Positions 8,739 through 18,372 of a stretch of DNA of 64,000 bases are shown one piece after another. The notes under the pieces are model-generated. The model was given only the letters and a program-made list of their open reading frames with translations. It did no database searches and was not told where the DNA came from. This DNA comes from a bacterium (GTDB taxonomy: Bacteria > Omnitrophota > Gorgyraeia > Zapsychrales > Zapsychraceae). Every line of letters begins with the position of its first letter. Position 1 is the stretch's first letter. The translations under genes and the position numbers were made by a program. Location of the stretch: NCBI GenBank assembly GCA_030429765.1, contig JAUIER010000015.1:31079-95078 (forward strand). The letters run 5' to 3'.

Positions 8739-10883
8739 TTAATTGAGCGTTTCCGAACCACTACGCTTGCGCTCAAATGTCGTTCCGAAATCAAATCCCA
8801 TTTCCGGAAAAGCCTTCAGCCGGAATAGCATAAGGAACTCTGTGCCGTCCCCACGCGTATCGTTAAGTTTAAAATCCATTTCCCAGGCGTGCAAGTCCCT
8901 GGTCAAAATATATTGCTGTTCTTTCAGACGTCCCTCTTCAACGTCGATCCGGCCAAATCCGCGAAATGCCCATTTCTGGTTGAATTTGTACCAGAAATCG
9001 GCTGTAATCTGGTCATCCGCGTCCCGATTATAGCGTTTTCCGAGCCCAAACGTCCATTTGGAGCCTCCGTTGACGTACATATCGAAATTGGCCGTCCTCA
9101 GATAATCCTCTCTTGTATCATATTCCGAGTCAAAATACAAGGTCATCCATTTGGTCGGGCGGAAATCGATATCGGCGGTGATGGTGTCAAATCCGCTGTC
9201 TCGATAGTCTTCATCCAGCCGGTAATCCACCCCGAAAACCGTTCGGAGCAGCTCGACTGTCTGACCATCCCGCTTGGTCTGTAATTTGTTCTCCACCGAG
9301 AAATTGATATTGTGCATCTGCTCAATAGTATCGATGCTGTCGAATTCATTGAGTTCGCGGCGCAACACGGTTGGTTCGGTGGTGTACTCGTAATTGATGG
9401 AAGGTGTGATGATATGCCGCAACCGGCTGATGTCCAAGCCCAGGGCATCGGTTTCCAGGTCATAAATCTTGTAAAACTTCGTGCTCAGGCTGGCCCCGGC
9501 CCGGTAGACCTCCCGCATTTCATCGGTAACCGAGGCGTCATTGGTCCTTGTGTAGAACGTGTTGCGTCCACCCACAAACGGCTTAACCTCGACAAATCCC
9601 AGTTTTTTGGGATAAGAAATTTCGTAATCCGTGTCAAAGCGTTTGGTGCTGTCACGCCGATCGCTGGGCGAAGCGCCTTTTTTGACCAGGCTGGCAAATG
9701 AGGTGATGTTGCGGAAATAGAACCCAGTATTGAAAATCTCTGTATTATTCAGGTCATAACGCAATTCAGGCAGACGTTCGACATCCTCGACAAATCGATT
9801 GATGCGGACATCCGACCGAAGACTCAGGGTTCCTTTGGGCAGTGAATGCGTCAGCAAAAAGAAGGTGTCGGGAAACGAATCTTCCTCAAACTCACGCTCA
9901 AAAAAGTCTTTGAGAAACGTACGGTCGCTGAGTTGGTAGTACTGAGCGATCGCCGTGGTGCGCTCATCCAGCACCCATTTGTGACGCCATTCGATTTTGT
10001 AACGATCACGCTCGGTCGTTGGCGTGATGCGGTCATCCCAAATGCGATCGGCATTAATCTTGCGTTCATGCGTGAAGTATGTCTTAAGCAACCCGCTCCC
10101 GTAACCGTCAGTCTTGTACTCGAAATCTGCGCCGGTCCCCACGTCGAGTAATTCGCGATAGTCCACATGCAAAACCCCTCTGACGTGATCACTGGCATAA
10201 AATCGGTATTGCGTCAGCAGGAAGGCCCCCCAGTCACTATCGATCCCCGGGGTAAAGGTGAGCTTGGGCTTCATGTCATCGATGCGGTGCCAATATTTCG
10301 GCAAATACATCAGCGATACATCTTTGAGCTTGAGCTTGACCCCGCTGGCCACGACTTTATCACCTGGATAGACATCAATACGTTTGGAAGCGACACGGTA
10401 CTCAGGCTTGTCATAATCACTCGTGGTGACGTATCCGTCGGTCATGACAACCTTATTGCCCTCTTCCAGACGAACCTTTTCACCCCCGCCGTAGTACGGA
10501 TGGGCCAGGATCTTCGCCCCCATAAAATCACCGGTCATCGTATTGTAATCAAACGTCAGCTCGTCCCCCTTGAGTTCACCCTGGGGTGTCTTGAGCCTCA
10601 CATTGCCGTAGGCATTCGCTATTTGAGTGGTTTGAGAAAAATCCGCACGGTCACACAGAAGGGTGGTATCTTTGTACTTGATCTCGACATTACCGACAAC
10701 CCTGACCTGGCTAGTCTCACGGTCATATTCGAGCTGATCGCCCGAGAGCTCTACTTTTTCCTTCTTCTCCTGGGCGAAAGACGGCATGACGGCAACACCG
10801 AAAGATCCGGTCATGATGAATAGCAAACTCATACATCCGGACAATAATACCTGCCTGAAATTGGATCGTCTATTTCTTAACAC
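8739..10883 (-). CDS. lptD: LPS-assembly protein LptD (OstA family)
   Basis: 714 aa with a signal peptide, an N-terminal OstA-like region (LEYDRETSQVRVVGNVEI..) and a long beta-rich, aromatic-rich C-terminal barrel. Confidence 0.7.
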   Translation of the reverse strand: MLRNRRSNFRQVLLSGCMSLLFIMTGSFGVAVMPSFAQEKKEKVELSGDQLEYDRETSQVRVVGNVEIKYKDTTLLCDRADFSQTTQIANAYGNVRLKTPQGELKGDELTFDYNTMTGDFMGAKILAHPYYGGGEKVRLEEGNKVVMTDGYVTTSDYDKPEYRVASKRIDVYPGDKVVASGVKLKLKDVSLMYLPKYWHRIDDMKPKLTFTPGIDSDWGAFLLTQYRFYASDHVRGVLHVDYRELLDVGTGADFEYKTDGYGSGLLKTYFTHERKINADRIWDDRITPTTERDRYKIEWRHKWVLDERTTAIAQYYQLSDRTFLKDFFEREFEEDSFPDTFFLLTHSLPKGTLSLRSDVRINRFVEDVERLPELRYDLNNTEIFNTGFYFRNITSFASLVKKGASPSDRRDSTKRFDTDYEISYPKKLGFVEVKPFVGGRNTFYTRTNDASVTDEMREVYRAGASLSTKFYKIYDLETDALGLDISRLRHIITPSINYEYTTEPTVLRRELNEFDSIDTIEQMHNINFSVENKLQTKRDGQTVELLRTVFGVDYRLDEDYRDSGFDTITADIDFRPTKWMTLYFDSEYDTREDYLRTANFDMYVNGGSKWTFGLGKRYNRDADDQITADFWYKFNQKWAFRGFGRIDVEEGRLKEQQYILTRDLHAWEMDFKLNDTRGDGTEFLMLFRLKAFPEMGFDFGTTFERKRSGSETLN

Positions 10884-11772
10884 CCAGCTCCTTTACCAGA
10901 ATTTGAGCACCGATGATACCGGCATCGTTAAGCAGTTTGGTCCGGACCACCTTCACCATCGACGACTGAACCTTCATCGCCCGCTGTTTGATCGTCTTTT
11001 TAATCGCCGGGGCCAGAAATCTAAAGTTAGCCGACACCCCGCCGCCGATCACAATCATTCTCAGATTCAACAAATTGATCACTCCGGCGAGCGTCGTACC
11101 GATATATGTCCCGGCCTCATCCCAGAACTCGATCGCCCGGGCGTTCCCGACCTTGGCCAGATCAAAGACATCTTCAAGCCGAATGTTCTTATTCTTAAAG
11201 ATCCGGCCGGCCCGCTCCTGTAAATGCGCGTTGCCGACGAACATCTCAAGCGTCCGGTCCTCCAGCGGCATATGCCCGATTTCACCAGCGACAAATCCCT
11301 CTCCCCGGTAAATAGATCCGTTAAGTATCAGCCCGCCGCCGACACCGGTTCCCAGCGTGATGCACATAAAATTATCCTGGCCCTGTCCCGCCCCGTATTT
11401 CCACTCGGCCAGCGTGATCATGTTGACATCATTCTCCAGAAACACCGGCACTCCGAGGCGGTCCTGCATAATTTTCTGCAACGGCACATTGCGCCAGCCG
11501 GGAATGTTTGGCAGATAGCGCACTATTCCCTGGATGGGATCAATCAACCCCGGCAGACCGATACCCACACCCTCCACATTCTTGCGTGTGAGCTTCATAT
11601 CGACCAAAAGCTCGTCGACAGCGTTGATAATGGCATCAATGAGCTTTGTTTTATTTCTGGAATATGTTTTAGTCGGCAAATGACGGCGGGCGACAATATG
11701 GCCCGCGGCGTTCACCAATCCCAATTTGACATTGGTCCCGCCCACATCAATTCCAACAATATATTTTTTCAT
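10870..11772 (-). CDS. ROK family sugar kinase (glucokinase-like)
   Basis: 300 aa with an IGIDVGGTNVK N-terminus and ROK signature segments. Its end overlaps the lptD start by 14 nt. Confidence 0.8.
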   Translation of the reverse strand: MKKYIVGIDVGGTNVKLGLVNAAGHIVARRHLPTKTYSRNKTKLIDAIINAVDELLVDMKLTRKNVEGVGIGLPGLIDPIQGIVRYLPNIPGWRNVPLQKIMQDRLGVPVFLENDVNMITLAEWKYGAGQGQDNFMCITLGTGVGGGLILNGSIYRGEGFVAGEIGHMPLEDRTLEMFVGNAHLQERAGRIFKNKNIRLEDVFDLAKVGNARAIEFWDEAGTYIGTTLAGVINLLNLRMIVIGGGVSANFRFLAPAIKKTIKQRAMKVQSSMVKVVRTKLLNDAGIIGAQILVKELGVKK

Positions 11773-11948
11773 AAAGACGATCGTGACGATGAATGTCTGT
11801 TTGAAGTATTAATAATAGTATTAAGATGAGATATTCTTACTTAGAATGGTTTCATTGTACATGAAGGCCTGGCGGGATTCAACCATTGTTTTGGAGATTT
11901 TGAGAATTACTTTGGTCGTAAACGTATTTATTTGGAGAGCTTTGCGAA

Positions 11949-12959
11949 TTATTCACCAAAAATGCAGACGCGATTGCGGCCCTGCTTCTTGGCCTTGTAG
12001 AGTGTCCAGTCGGCCTTGTCAATCAGCTCCCCGCTTCGCTTGGCATCCTTGGGATACACGGCAATTCCGATACTGACGGTGACCGATAATGAGGCATCAT
12101 AGGCCTTGATCACCCGTTTTTCACATGTTTCGCGGATACGTTCCGCCACCTGACTCGCCCCGACCAGATCCGTATCCGGCAACACCACGCAAAATTCTTC
12201 TCCGCCGTAGCGACCGGGGATATCAATCTCACGAATACTCTCTTTGATAATGCTGCCCATAACACGCAAAATATGATCCCCCACCAGATGCCCGTACGTG
12301 TCATTACAGTTCTTGAAATGATCCACGTCAATCATCAACAGGGACATATAAATCTTGCGGCTGCGTGAACGCTCTAATTCTTCCTCCAGCCGGCGAAGGG
12401 TATACCCACGGGTATATAACTCGGTCAGACTATCCGTGATCGCTGTACGCTCAATCTTCTGATACAGCTTGACCCGACGCAGGGCCAGCGCGAACTGGTG
12501 GCAAAGAATAATCGCCTTTTCCTCGTCTTCTGCCAGCAAGCCTTTGATACTCACCGATCCGATGTGACGATTTTCATTGATTAAATCAAAGACAAAATGT
12601 TCTTCCGATTCCTTGAATCGGTCGATATCCTCCGACGGTACCGGCAAATAGCGGCAGTCGTCAAACTGGATGTGATCGTTCAGTTTATTACGGAAAATCA
12701 TAAACGCGTCCTGCTCATTCAGCGTACGCGTAATCTCCTTGGTCATCTCATACAATGTAAAAACACGAATCGCCTCTCCCTCCGCGTCGACCTTATCCTT
12801 GATCAGCTTGTCCCGCTGCTCAGCCAATCGAAAGTACAACTCATTCATCTGTTTGAGCTGATCGGCATATTCCCGCTCCGTCCGTTCCTGCAGCCGTCGT
12901 AAATGCACCGCAATGAAAGCAACATATAATAGTGTGGCTAGAATAATAACGTAAAACAT
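11949..12959 (-). CDS. Diguanylate cyclase (N-terminal TM + sensor domain, GGDEF)
   Basis: Contains RYGGEEF and DVDHFKNCNDTYGH motifs. Confidence 0.8.
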   Translation of the reverse strand: MFYVIILATLLYVAFIAVHLRRLQERTEREYADQLKQMNELYFRLAEQRDKLIKDKVDAEGEAIRVFTLYEMTKEITRTLNEQDAFMIFRNKLNDHIQFDDCRYLPVPSEDIDRFKESEEHFVFDLINENRHIGSVSIKGLLAEDEEKAIILCHQFALALRRVKLYQKIERTAITDSLTELYTRGYTLRRLEEELERSRSRKIYMSLLMIDVDHFKNCNDTYGHLVGDHILRVMGSIIKESIREIDIPGRYGGEEFCVVLPDTDLVGASQVAERIRETCEKRVIKAYDASLSVTVSIGIAVYPKDAKRSGELIDKADWTLYKAKKQGRNRVCIFGE

Positions 12960-12965
12960 ATGTTC

Positions 12966-14267
12966 CTAGGGTTGCGCGGACCGCACACAATTGCGTCCGG
13001 AATTCTTGGCCTGATACAGCGCCTGATCGGCCTGATTGATTAAAGTGTCTCTGACTTTGGCATCGTCCGGGAACGTGGCCACACCGACGGAAATTGTAAT
13101 CTTGGTTTTTTCCCGACGGAGAATCACCATCTTCTGCTCGACCAGCCCCCGTAATTCCTCCGCCATCTCGACGGCCTTGTCTTTGGGCGTATCCGGCAGC
13201 ATCACCGCAAACTCCTCACCGCCGTATCGGCAAACCAGCTGGCCCGCTTCGGAAAAATAATCCCCCAGCAGGGCGCCGACTGTTTTCAGGACAATATCTC
13301 CCGCAATATGACCAAACTTATCGTTGTACCCCTTAAATTTATCGATATCGATCATCAGAAAGGACAGCTTGCCGCCATTATCCAGATGCCGCGTCAACTC
13401 ACTCGCCATGCGCTCCATCAAATAACGTCGCAGATACAGATCCGTCAGGCTGTCCTTGATCGCCAACTGCTGGACATGATTGTATAGTTGCGCGTTTTCA
13501 ATCGCAATCGCGCCCAGATCTCCAATCGTCGTTAAAAATCGCAGGTCCTGTGTGGAGAACCGTTCGGCATGCGGACTGTCGACGCGTAAAATACCCAGCG
13601 CCTTTCGACCAATGGTCACCGGCACACTGATCAGCGACTGTACCACCCGATCCTTACCGATGTCGAGCTTATCGATGTCAAAACGGTAGTCGCTCTTGAC
13701 ATCACCGATCAACAGCGGCCGCATGGTCTTGGCCATGTAATGGTCAAAGCCATCCCCCTGTTTCATCTTGATATTAATTTTCATCTGTCCGGTGTGTGAT
13801 TTCGAAATACCCAATTCGCCGGTCTTGGAATGCAATAGATACAAAATCACCGTCGAGTCCTCGTCACCCAATAATTCACGCACAGCATCGGACAGCGTGT
13901 CGGTGGTCTCATCCAAGGTCAAGGACAGGATCAAACGGTCGGTCAATTCCTTGAGCTTGGAGAAGTCGACAATCTTTTCCTGAAAAGTACGTATACTCAG
14001 ATCTTCTTTCTGGAGTGAAAAATCAATCAGATTGATCCGCTCCCGGATATCCTGGGATTGCAATTCAAAGGCGGAACGGCTGCGGTTGAGCCGGATTTGT
14101 AAAGGGATGAGAATGGCCAGTATTCCGAAAAGACCGGCCGCAATGACAAAAAAATAGGACGGCTCGGTCAGTAATGCCACCATAAAAAGACCGGCCAGTG
14201 GAATGAGAAGTTTTAAGACCAGCGGAAACGAACCGCTATGATATTCGTTCTTCGGTTTTTGGGTCAA
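12966..14267 (-). CDS. Diguanylate cyclase (2 TM, GAF-like, GGDEF)
   Basis: Contains RYGGEEF and IDIDKFKGYNDKFGH motifs. It is a paralogue of the adjacent GGDEF gene. Confidence 0.8.
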   Translation of the reverse strand: MTQKPKNEYHSGSFPLVLKLLIPLAGLFMVALLTEPSYFFVIAAGLFGILAILIPLQIRLNRSRSAFELQSQDIRERINLIDFSLQKEDLSIRTFQEKIVDFSKLKELTDRLILSLTLDETTDTLSDAVRELLGDEDSTVILYLLHSKTGELGISKSHTGQMKINIKMKQGDGFDHYMAKTMRPLLIGDVKSDYRFDIDKLDIGKDRVVQSLISVPVTIGRKALGILRVDSPHAERFSTQDLRFLTTIGDLGAIAIENAQLYNHVQQLAIKDSLTDLYLRRYLMERMASELTRHLDNGGKLSFLMIDIDKFKGYNDKFGHIAGDIVLKTVGALLGDYFSEAGQLVCRYGGEEFAVMLPDTPKDKAVEMAEELRGLVEQKMVILRREKTKITISVGVATFPDDAKVRDTLINQADQALYQAKNSGRNCVRSAQP

Positions 14268-15339
14268 AGAAGTGTACCTTACTCATATCAAAAACGACAT
14301 CCATATCACGATTGACTCCCGGCCTGTTGTGCGCGCCGACCCGAGCCGTGAACGTATGCTTACCAGAGTTGAGATACAAATACACTTCAGAACCCAGCGG
14401 CTCCACAACTTCACAGGCGGCTCGAACTGTATTGTCCGGAGACGATTCCGAAACAAACAGCTTGTCATAAACATCTTCCGCACGAATACCAAACACAATG
14501 TCTTTGCCTTCATACGGGGCAATCGATTTATACATTTCCTCGACGAGCTTCACCTTGAATTTTCCTTCGTCAAAGAAATACTTTCGCTCTTTCTTGATGA
14601 TTCGTCCGTTCATGAAGCTAATCGGAGGCGAGCCGATAAAACTGGATACAAATTTATTCGCCGGTTTATCATAGATTGTCATCGGATCCGCGCATTGCTG
14701 GACTTTTCCGTCTTTCATGACACAGATTCGGTCGCCCAGCGTCAATGCCTCGGTCTGATCGTGGGTTACGTAGATGAACGTTGTTTGTAACCGTAACCGT
14801 AGTTTGTGGATTTCGGTACGCATCTGCACGCGAAGCTTGGCATCCAGATTACTCAAAGGCTCATCAAATAAAAAAACCATCGGCTTTCGGACGATGGCAC
14901 GGCCCAGGGCGACCCGCTGACGTTCCCCCCCGGAAAGTTGTTTGGGACGACGGGCCAGCATTTTTTTGATCCCCAGGATTTCGGCGGCCTCATTTACACG
15001 TTTTTCAATTTCGGCCTTGGGATACTTGCGAAGCTTCAGCCCAAATGACATATTTTCGTACACAGTCATGTGCGGATACAGGGCGTAATTCTGAAATACC
15101 ATGGCGATGTCGCGATCCTTGGCCGGCACATCATTAACCAGCCGATCGCCGATCCAGATACTCCCTTCCGAGATCTCTTCAAGCCCCGCGACCATCCGAA
15201 GGGTGGTCGATTTCCCGCAACCGGACGGCCCAACTAGAACCATAAACTCTTTATTTTCAATTCCTAAGTTAACATCATCAACAGCTTTGACGCCGCCTTT
15301 ATAAATTTTTGAAACGTTTTTTATTGATATTTGAGCCAT
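14236..15339 (-). CDS. ABC transporter ATP-binding protein, MalK/UgpC/MsiK-type (sugar importer ATPase)
   Basis: Walker A GPSGCGKST, signature LSGGERQRV and Walker B FLFDEPLSNLD, plus a C-terminal TOBE-like regulatory domain. Confidence 0.85.
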   Translation of the reverse strand: MAQISIKNVSKIYKGGVKAVDDVNLGIENKEFMVLVGPSGCGKSTTLRMVAGLEEISEGSIWIGDRLVNDVPAKDRDIAMVFQNYALYPHMTVYENMSFGLKLRKYPKAEIEKRVNEAAEILGIKKMLARRPKQLSGGERQRVALGRAIVRKPMVFLFDEPLSNLDAKLRVQMRTEIHKLRLRLQTTFIYVTHDQTEALTLGDRICVMKDGKVQQCADPMTIYDKPANKFVSSFIGSPPISFMNGRIIKKERKYFFDEGKFKVKLVEEMYKSIAPYEGKDIVFGIRAEDVYDKLFVSESSPDNTVRAACEVVEPLGSEVYLYLNSGKHTFTARVGAHNRPGVNRDMDVVFDMSKVHFFDPKTEERIS

Positions 15340-15448
15340 AGCGTATATTTCTTATCATAAGGATTGATAGTAATTTAAGAGCCTATTCTATAGAAAAAGC
15401 TCGGAATATGCAAATAAATAATCTCTGGAATAAGGGCGGGTCATGAAC

Positions 15449-16423
15449 CTAAGATGTCTCAACCGGCGAAACATCGGCAGGAGCAGCACTACTGTCCGGA
15501 TTGTCAGACGATCCGGACGTCGTAAATTCGATGATCTTGGCCATCCGGTCTTTCATTTCCTTGCGTTCCACAATCATATCGATCAATCCATGCTCGAGGA
15601 GGAACTCCGAACGCTGAAAACCCTCCGGCAGCTTCTGCCGGATCGTCTGTTCGATCACGCGCGGACCGGTAAAACCAATTAAAGCCTTGGGTTCCGCCAT
15701 GATAATATCCCCCACGCCAGCAAACGAGGCCATAATCCCGGCCATTGTCGGGTTTGTCAAAACTGAGATATGCAGCAATCCCGCTTCATTGTGACGTGCC
15801 AGCGCTGAACATGTCTTGGCCATTTGCATTAATGAAAAAACGCCCTCATACATACGGGCTCCCCCTCCTGATCCCGACACAATGATAACCGGAATACGTC
15901 GCTGGGTGGCCATTTCGATGGCCCGGGTAATTCGCTCACCGACCACAGACCCCATCGATCCCATAATGAAACGCGAGTCCGTCACGGCCACCATCACCGG
16001 CCAACCGTTGATGGTCCCCTCTCCAGAAATAACAGCATCACGAAGACCGGTCAGCTTCTGGTCCGATGAAAGCTTTTCTTTGTATGTCTTAGGTCCCTTG
16101 AACTTCAATGGATCGACGGAAACCAAATCCGAATCATGTTCCTTGAAACTCCCCAGATCCAGCAAGTGATCAATCCGTTCCTTCGCGGTCAACGAGAAAT
16201 GAAATTCACATTTGGGACAGACATTCTGATTGTTCTGTAATTCTTTTTTATAGATCGTGGACGAGCACTCTTTGCACTGCACCCAGAGTCCGGCGGGAAT
16301 ATCTTTTTTCTTGACGTTGATGATATTGAATTTTTTACGTCCGAATAAGGCCATAAATTTGTTTTTGCCATCGGCGCGAGCCGAGAGTCCGTCTTTCAAC
16401 GATGATACCGGCGCATGGGCCAT
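15449..16423 (-). CDS. accD: Acetyl-CoA carboxylase carboxyltransferase beta subunit
   Basis: N-terminal zinc ribbon (CxxC..CxxC) and a carboxyltransferase domain (GSMGSVVGE..SGGARMYEG). It has an S/P-rich C-terminal extension. Confidence 0.85.
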   Translation of the reverse strand: MAHAPVSSLKDGLSARADGKNKFMALFGRKKFNIINVKKKDIPAGLWVQCKECSSTIYKKELQNNQNVCPKCEFHFSLTAKERIDHLLDLGSFKEHDSDLVSVDPLKFKGPKTYKEKLSSDQKLTGLRDAVISGEGTINGWPVMVAVTDSRFIMGSMGSVVGERITRAIEMATQRRIPVIIVSGSGGGARMYEGVFSLMQMAKTCSALARHNEAGLLHISVLTNPTMAGIMASFAGVGDIIMAEPKALIGFTGPRVIEQTIRQKLPEGFQRSEFLLEHGLIDMIVERKEMKDRMAKIIEFTTSGSSDNPDSSAAPADVSPVETS

Positions 16424-16445
16424 GCCGGTATCCGGTCGTTCGTGA

Positions 16446-17711
16446 TTAATCCATGTTGTAAACTGTCAGTCCGGACAAAACTTTCGGATAAAAGTAAGTG
16501 GTCTTGGGCGGCATACGCTCGCCATTCAGGGCGATATCTTTGAGCTGAGAGATCTTGACCGCATTCATCACAAATCCGAGCTCGGCATCGCCGGCGTCCA
16601 CCATATCCGTAACTTCATTGATGTCCTTGGTATAGATAATACTATCTGATTTTACACCAACTTTATCCAAAATGAAACACTTGAGAATATTGGCGTCCAG
16701 ACTCTTGAGCTCTTTCGAACCTTTCTTGACGTATTTATCAATCAGCGTCTTGTTTTTCAGACGAAGCAGCTTGATGCCGTCACGGGTGTACAACCCGAAC
16801 GCATGCTCATTGATCCCGGCCTTGGCCAGTAAAATCTGCAGATCATCCTTATTTTTGACCTTGTCAATCCGGAAGAAGTCTTCCAGGAAGTCCAGTTTCT
16901 TTGTGGTTTTTGTAACAATCCGATGCATTGGAAAGATTTGCAGATCTTTGGAATCAAGATTGGTGAAGTACGTCATCACATAGTTAAATGGCTCTTTCCC
17001 GGTCGGATTACTGACATTCTGCAGTTGCGTTTTACGGTACTCACAGGCCACCTTATAGCGATGATGCCCATCGGCAATAAACAAATTCTGATCCATAATC
17101 GACTCTTGTATCTCGGCAATCAGCGCCTCGTCGCTAAACGTCCACATGCGGTGGCGAACACCGTCGCCGTCTTCCAATTCGAATAGAGGATCGTTCGTCA
17201 GAATATGTTTGGTGAAAATCTTTTCAACTTTACGCTGCGTGTCCGAGTAGCACACAAAGATTGGACTGAGGTTGGAATTGAGCGCCTTGGTCAGCTCGAA
17301 ACGGTCGTCGACGGCATCGGCATGCGTATTTTCGTGCGGGTGGACCTTAGAATCTTCGTCATTTTCCAATTCCATTAAGGCGACGAATCCCAGACGGGAA
17401 TGACGTTCACCTAAAATCTTGTATTCTTGTTTGTAGAAATAAATCGACGGCTCCGGTGATTTAACCATCACCTGTTTAGATAGCCACTCGTCGAAGACTT
17501 TTTTGGAGCGCGTATAACGATTGTTGCTTTCGTCATCCGAGCCTTCAATTTTGGCCAAATCGATATGAGTAAAGTTATAGGGACTGCGATTGTGCAGTTC
17601 ATTTTGCTGTTCTTCGGAAATAACATCGTATGGCGGGGCCATCACATTGTGTACATCCCCTACGACTTCGCTGTTGTAATGTAACGCTTGGAATGGTTTT
17701 ATACCTGGCAT
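16446..17711 (-). CDS. DUF1015 family protein
   Basis: 421 aa with N-terminal MPGIKPFQALHYN and ..APPYDVIS.. motifs typical of DUF1015. Confidence 0.6.
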   Translation of the reverse strand: MPGIKPFQALHYNSEVVGDVHNVMAPPYDVISEEQQNELHNRSPYNFTHIDLAKIEGSDDESNNRYTRSKKVFDEWLSKQVMVKSPEPSIYFYKQEYKILGERHSRLGFVALMELENDEDSKVHPHENTHADAVDDRFELTKALNSNLSPIFVCYSDTQRKVEKIFTKHILTNDPLFELEDGDGVRHRMWTFSDEALIAEIQESIMDQNLFIADGHHRYKVACEYRKTQLQNVSNPTGKEPFNYVMTYFTNLDSKDLQIFPMHRIVTKTTKKLDFLEDFFRIDKVKNKDDLQILLAKAGINEHAFGLYTRDGIKLLRLKNKTLIDKYVKKGSKELKSLDANILKCFILDKVGVKSDSIIYTKDINEVTDMVDAGDAELGFVMNAVKISQLKDIALNGERMPPKTTYFYPKVLSGLTVYNMD

Positions 17712-17713
17712 AA

Positions 17714-18091
17714 TTATCTACTTTTCTTTCGTTTTAAGTTGTGTAACCAAATGTATGTTAATACCCCTATGAGTCCGCCGATTGTGTCGGCCACGATATC
17801 GCCGAACGAGGCATCCCGTCCCGGCACAAAAGACTGATGTATTTCGTCTGTAACTCCATATAGTCCCGCCCCGAGCGCACTGAACAAAATTAGTCTACTT
17901 GGCGTTAGACGGTCAAACGAGTGCAACAGGGCCCTGGCCAGTAGAAAGCCGTAAAGGGCATACTCAGCCAGGTGATAAACCTTGTCAAGATGCGGTATCG
18001 ATTGCGGAGTGCTCACTGAAGACAGTGATGATACATAGAAGATGATACCAGAATAAACAATGACAGGAAACCAAAATCTAAGAAATATCAT
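17714..18091 (-). CDS. VanZ-like family membrane protein
   Basis: 125 aa with four TM segments and a conserved YHL..YALYGFLLARAL / DE.HQSFVPGR pattern. Confidence 0.65.
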   Translation of the reverse strand: MIFLRFWFPVIVYSGIIFYVSSLSSVSTPQSIPHLDKVYHLAEYALYGFLLARALLHSFDRLTPSRLILFSALGAGLYGVTDEIHQSFVPGRDASFGDIVADTIGGLIGVLTYIWLHNLKRKKSR

Positions 18092-18121
18092 AAAAACACC
18101 CCGAATTGCCGGCCCCAGGTC

Positions 18122-18361
18122 CTATTCTGACGAATCCGACGAACTGGCCGCGGATTCCGACTTGGGAGCTTCCGGACGGGTCTTGAAATCGGTCTCATAG
18201 AAGCCTGTCCCCTTGAAAATAATTCCGCCCCCGGTTCCAATCAGCCGGTTCAGCTTCATTTTTCCGCATTTAGGGCATTTTCTAAGCTTCTTGTCTGTCA
18301 TCGATTGCAATTTCTCAAACGCAAATTCGCACGCGCCACACTCATACTCATATGTCGGCAT
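18122..18361 (-). CDS. FmdB family zinc-ribbon protein (putative regulatory)
   Basis: Begins MPTYEYECGACEF with ..CPKCG.. (CxxC x2) and an S-rich tail. Confidence 0.7.
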   Translation of the reverse strand: MPTYEYECGACEFAFEKLQSMTDKKLRKCPKCGKMKLNRLIGTGGGIIFKGTGFYETDFKTRPEAPKSESAASSSDSSE

Positions 18362-18372
18362 AGTTCTCCACC

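Noticed and set aside
10167-10823. Plus-strand ORFs of 100-218 aa, for example 10167-10823, 21474-22118, 23217-23720, 43441-44010 and 7444-8019.
   Set aside because: Each lies entirely antisense to a well-supported minus-strand gene (lptD, grpE, the A2M gene, ugd). The translations are low-complexity with no domain signal. They are typical shadow ORFs.
15340-15448. Promoter or terminator between accD and the ABC ATPase gene.
   Set aside because: There is only a weak -35/-10 resemblance and no hairpin with a U-tract. Read-through co-transcription is more likely.
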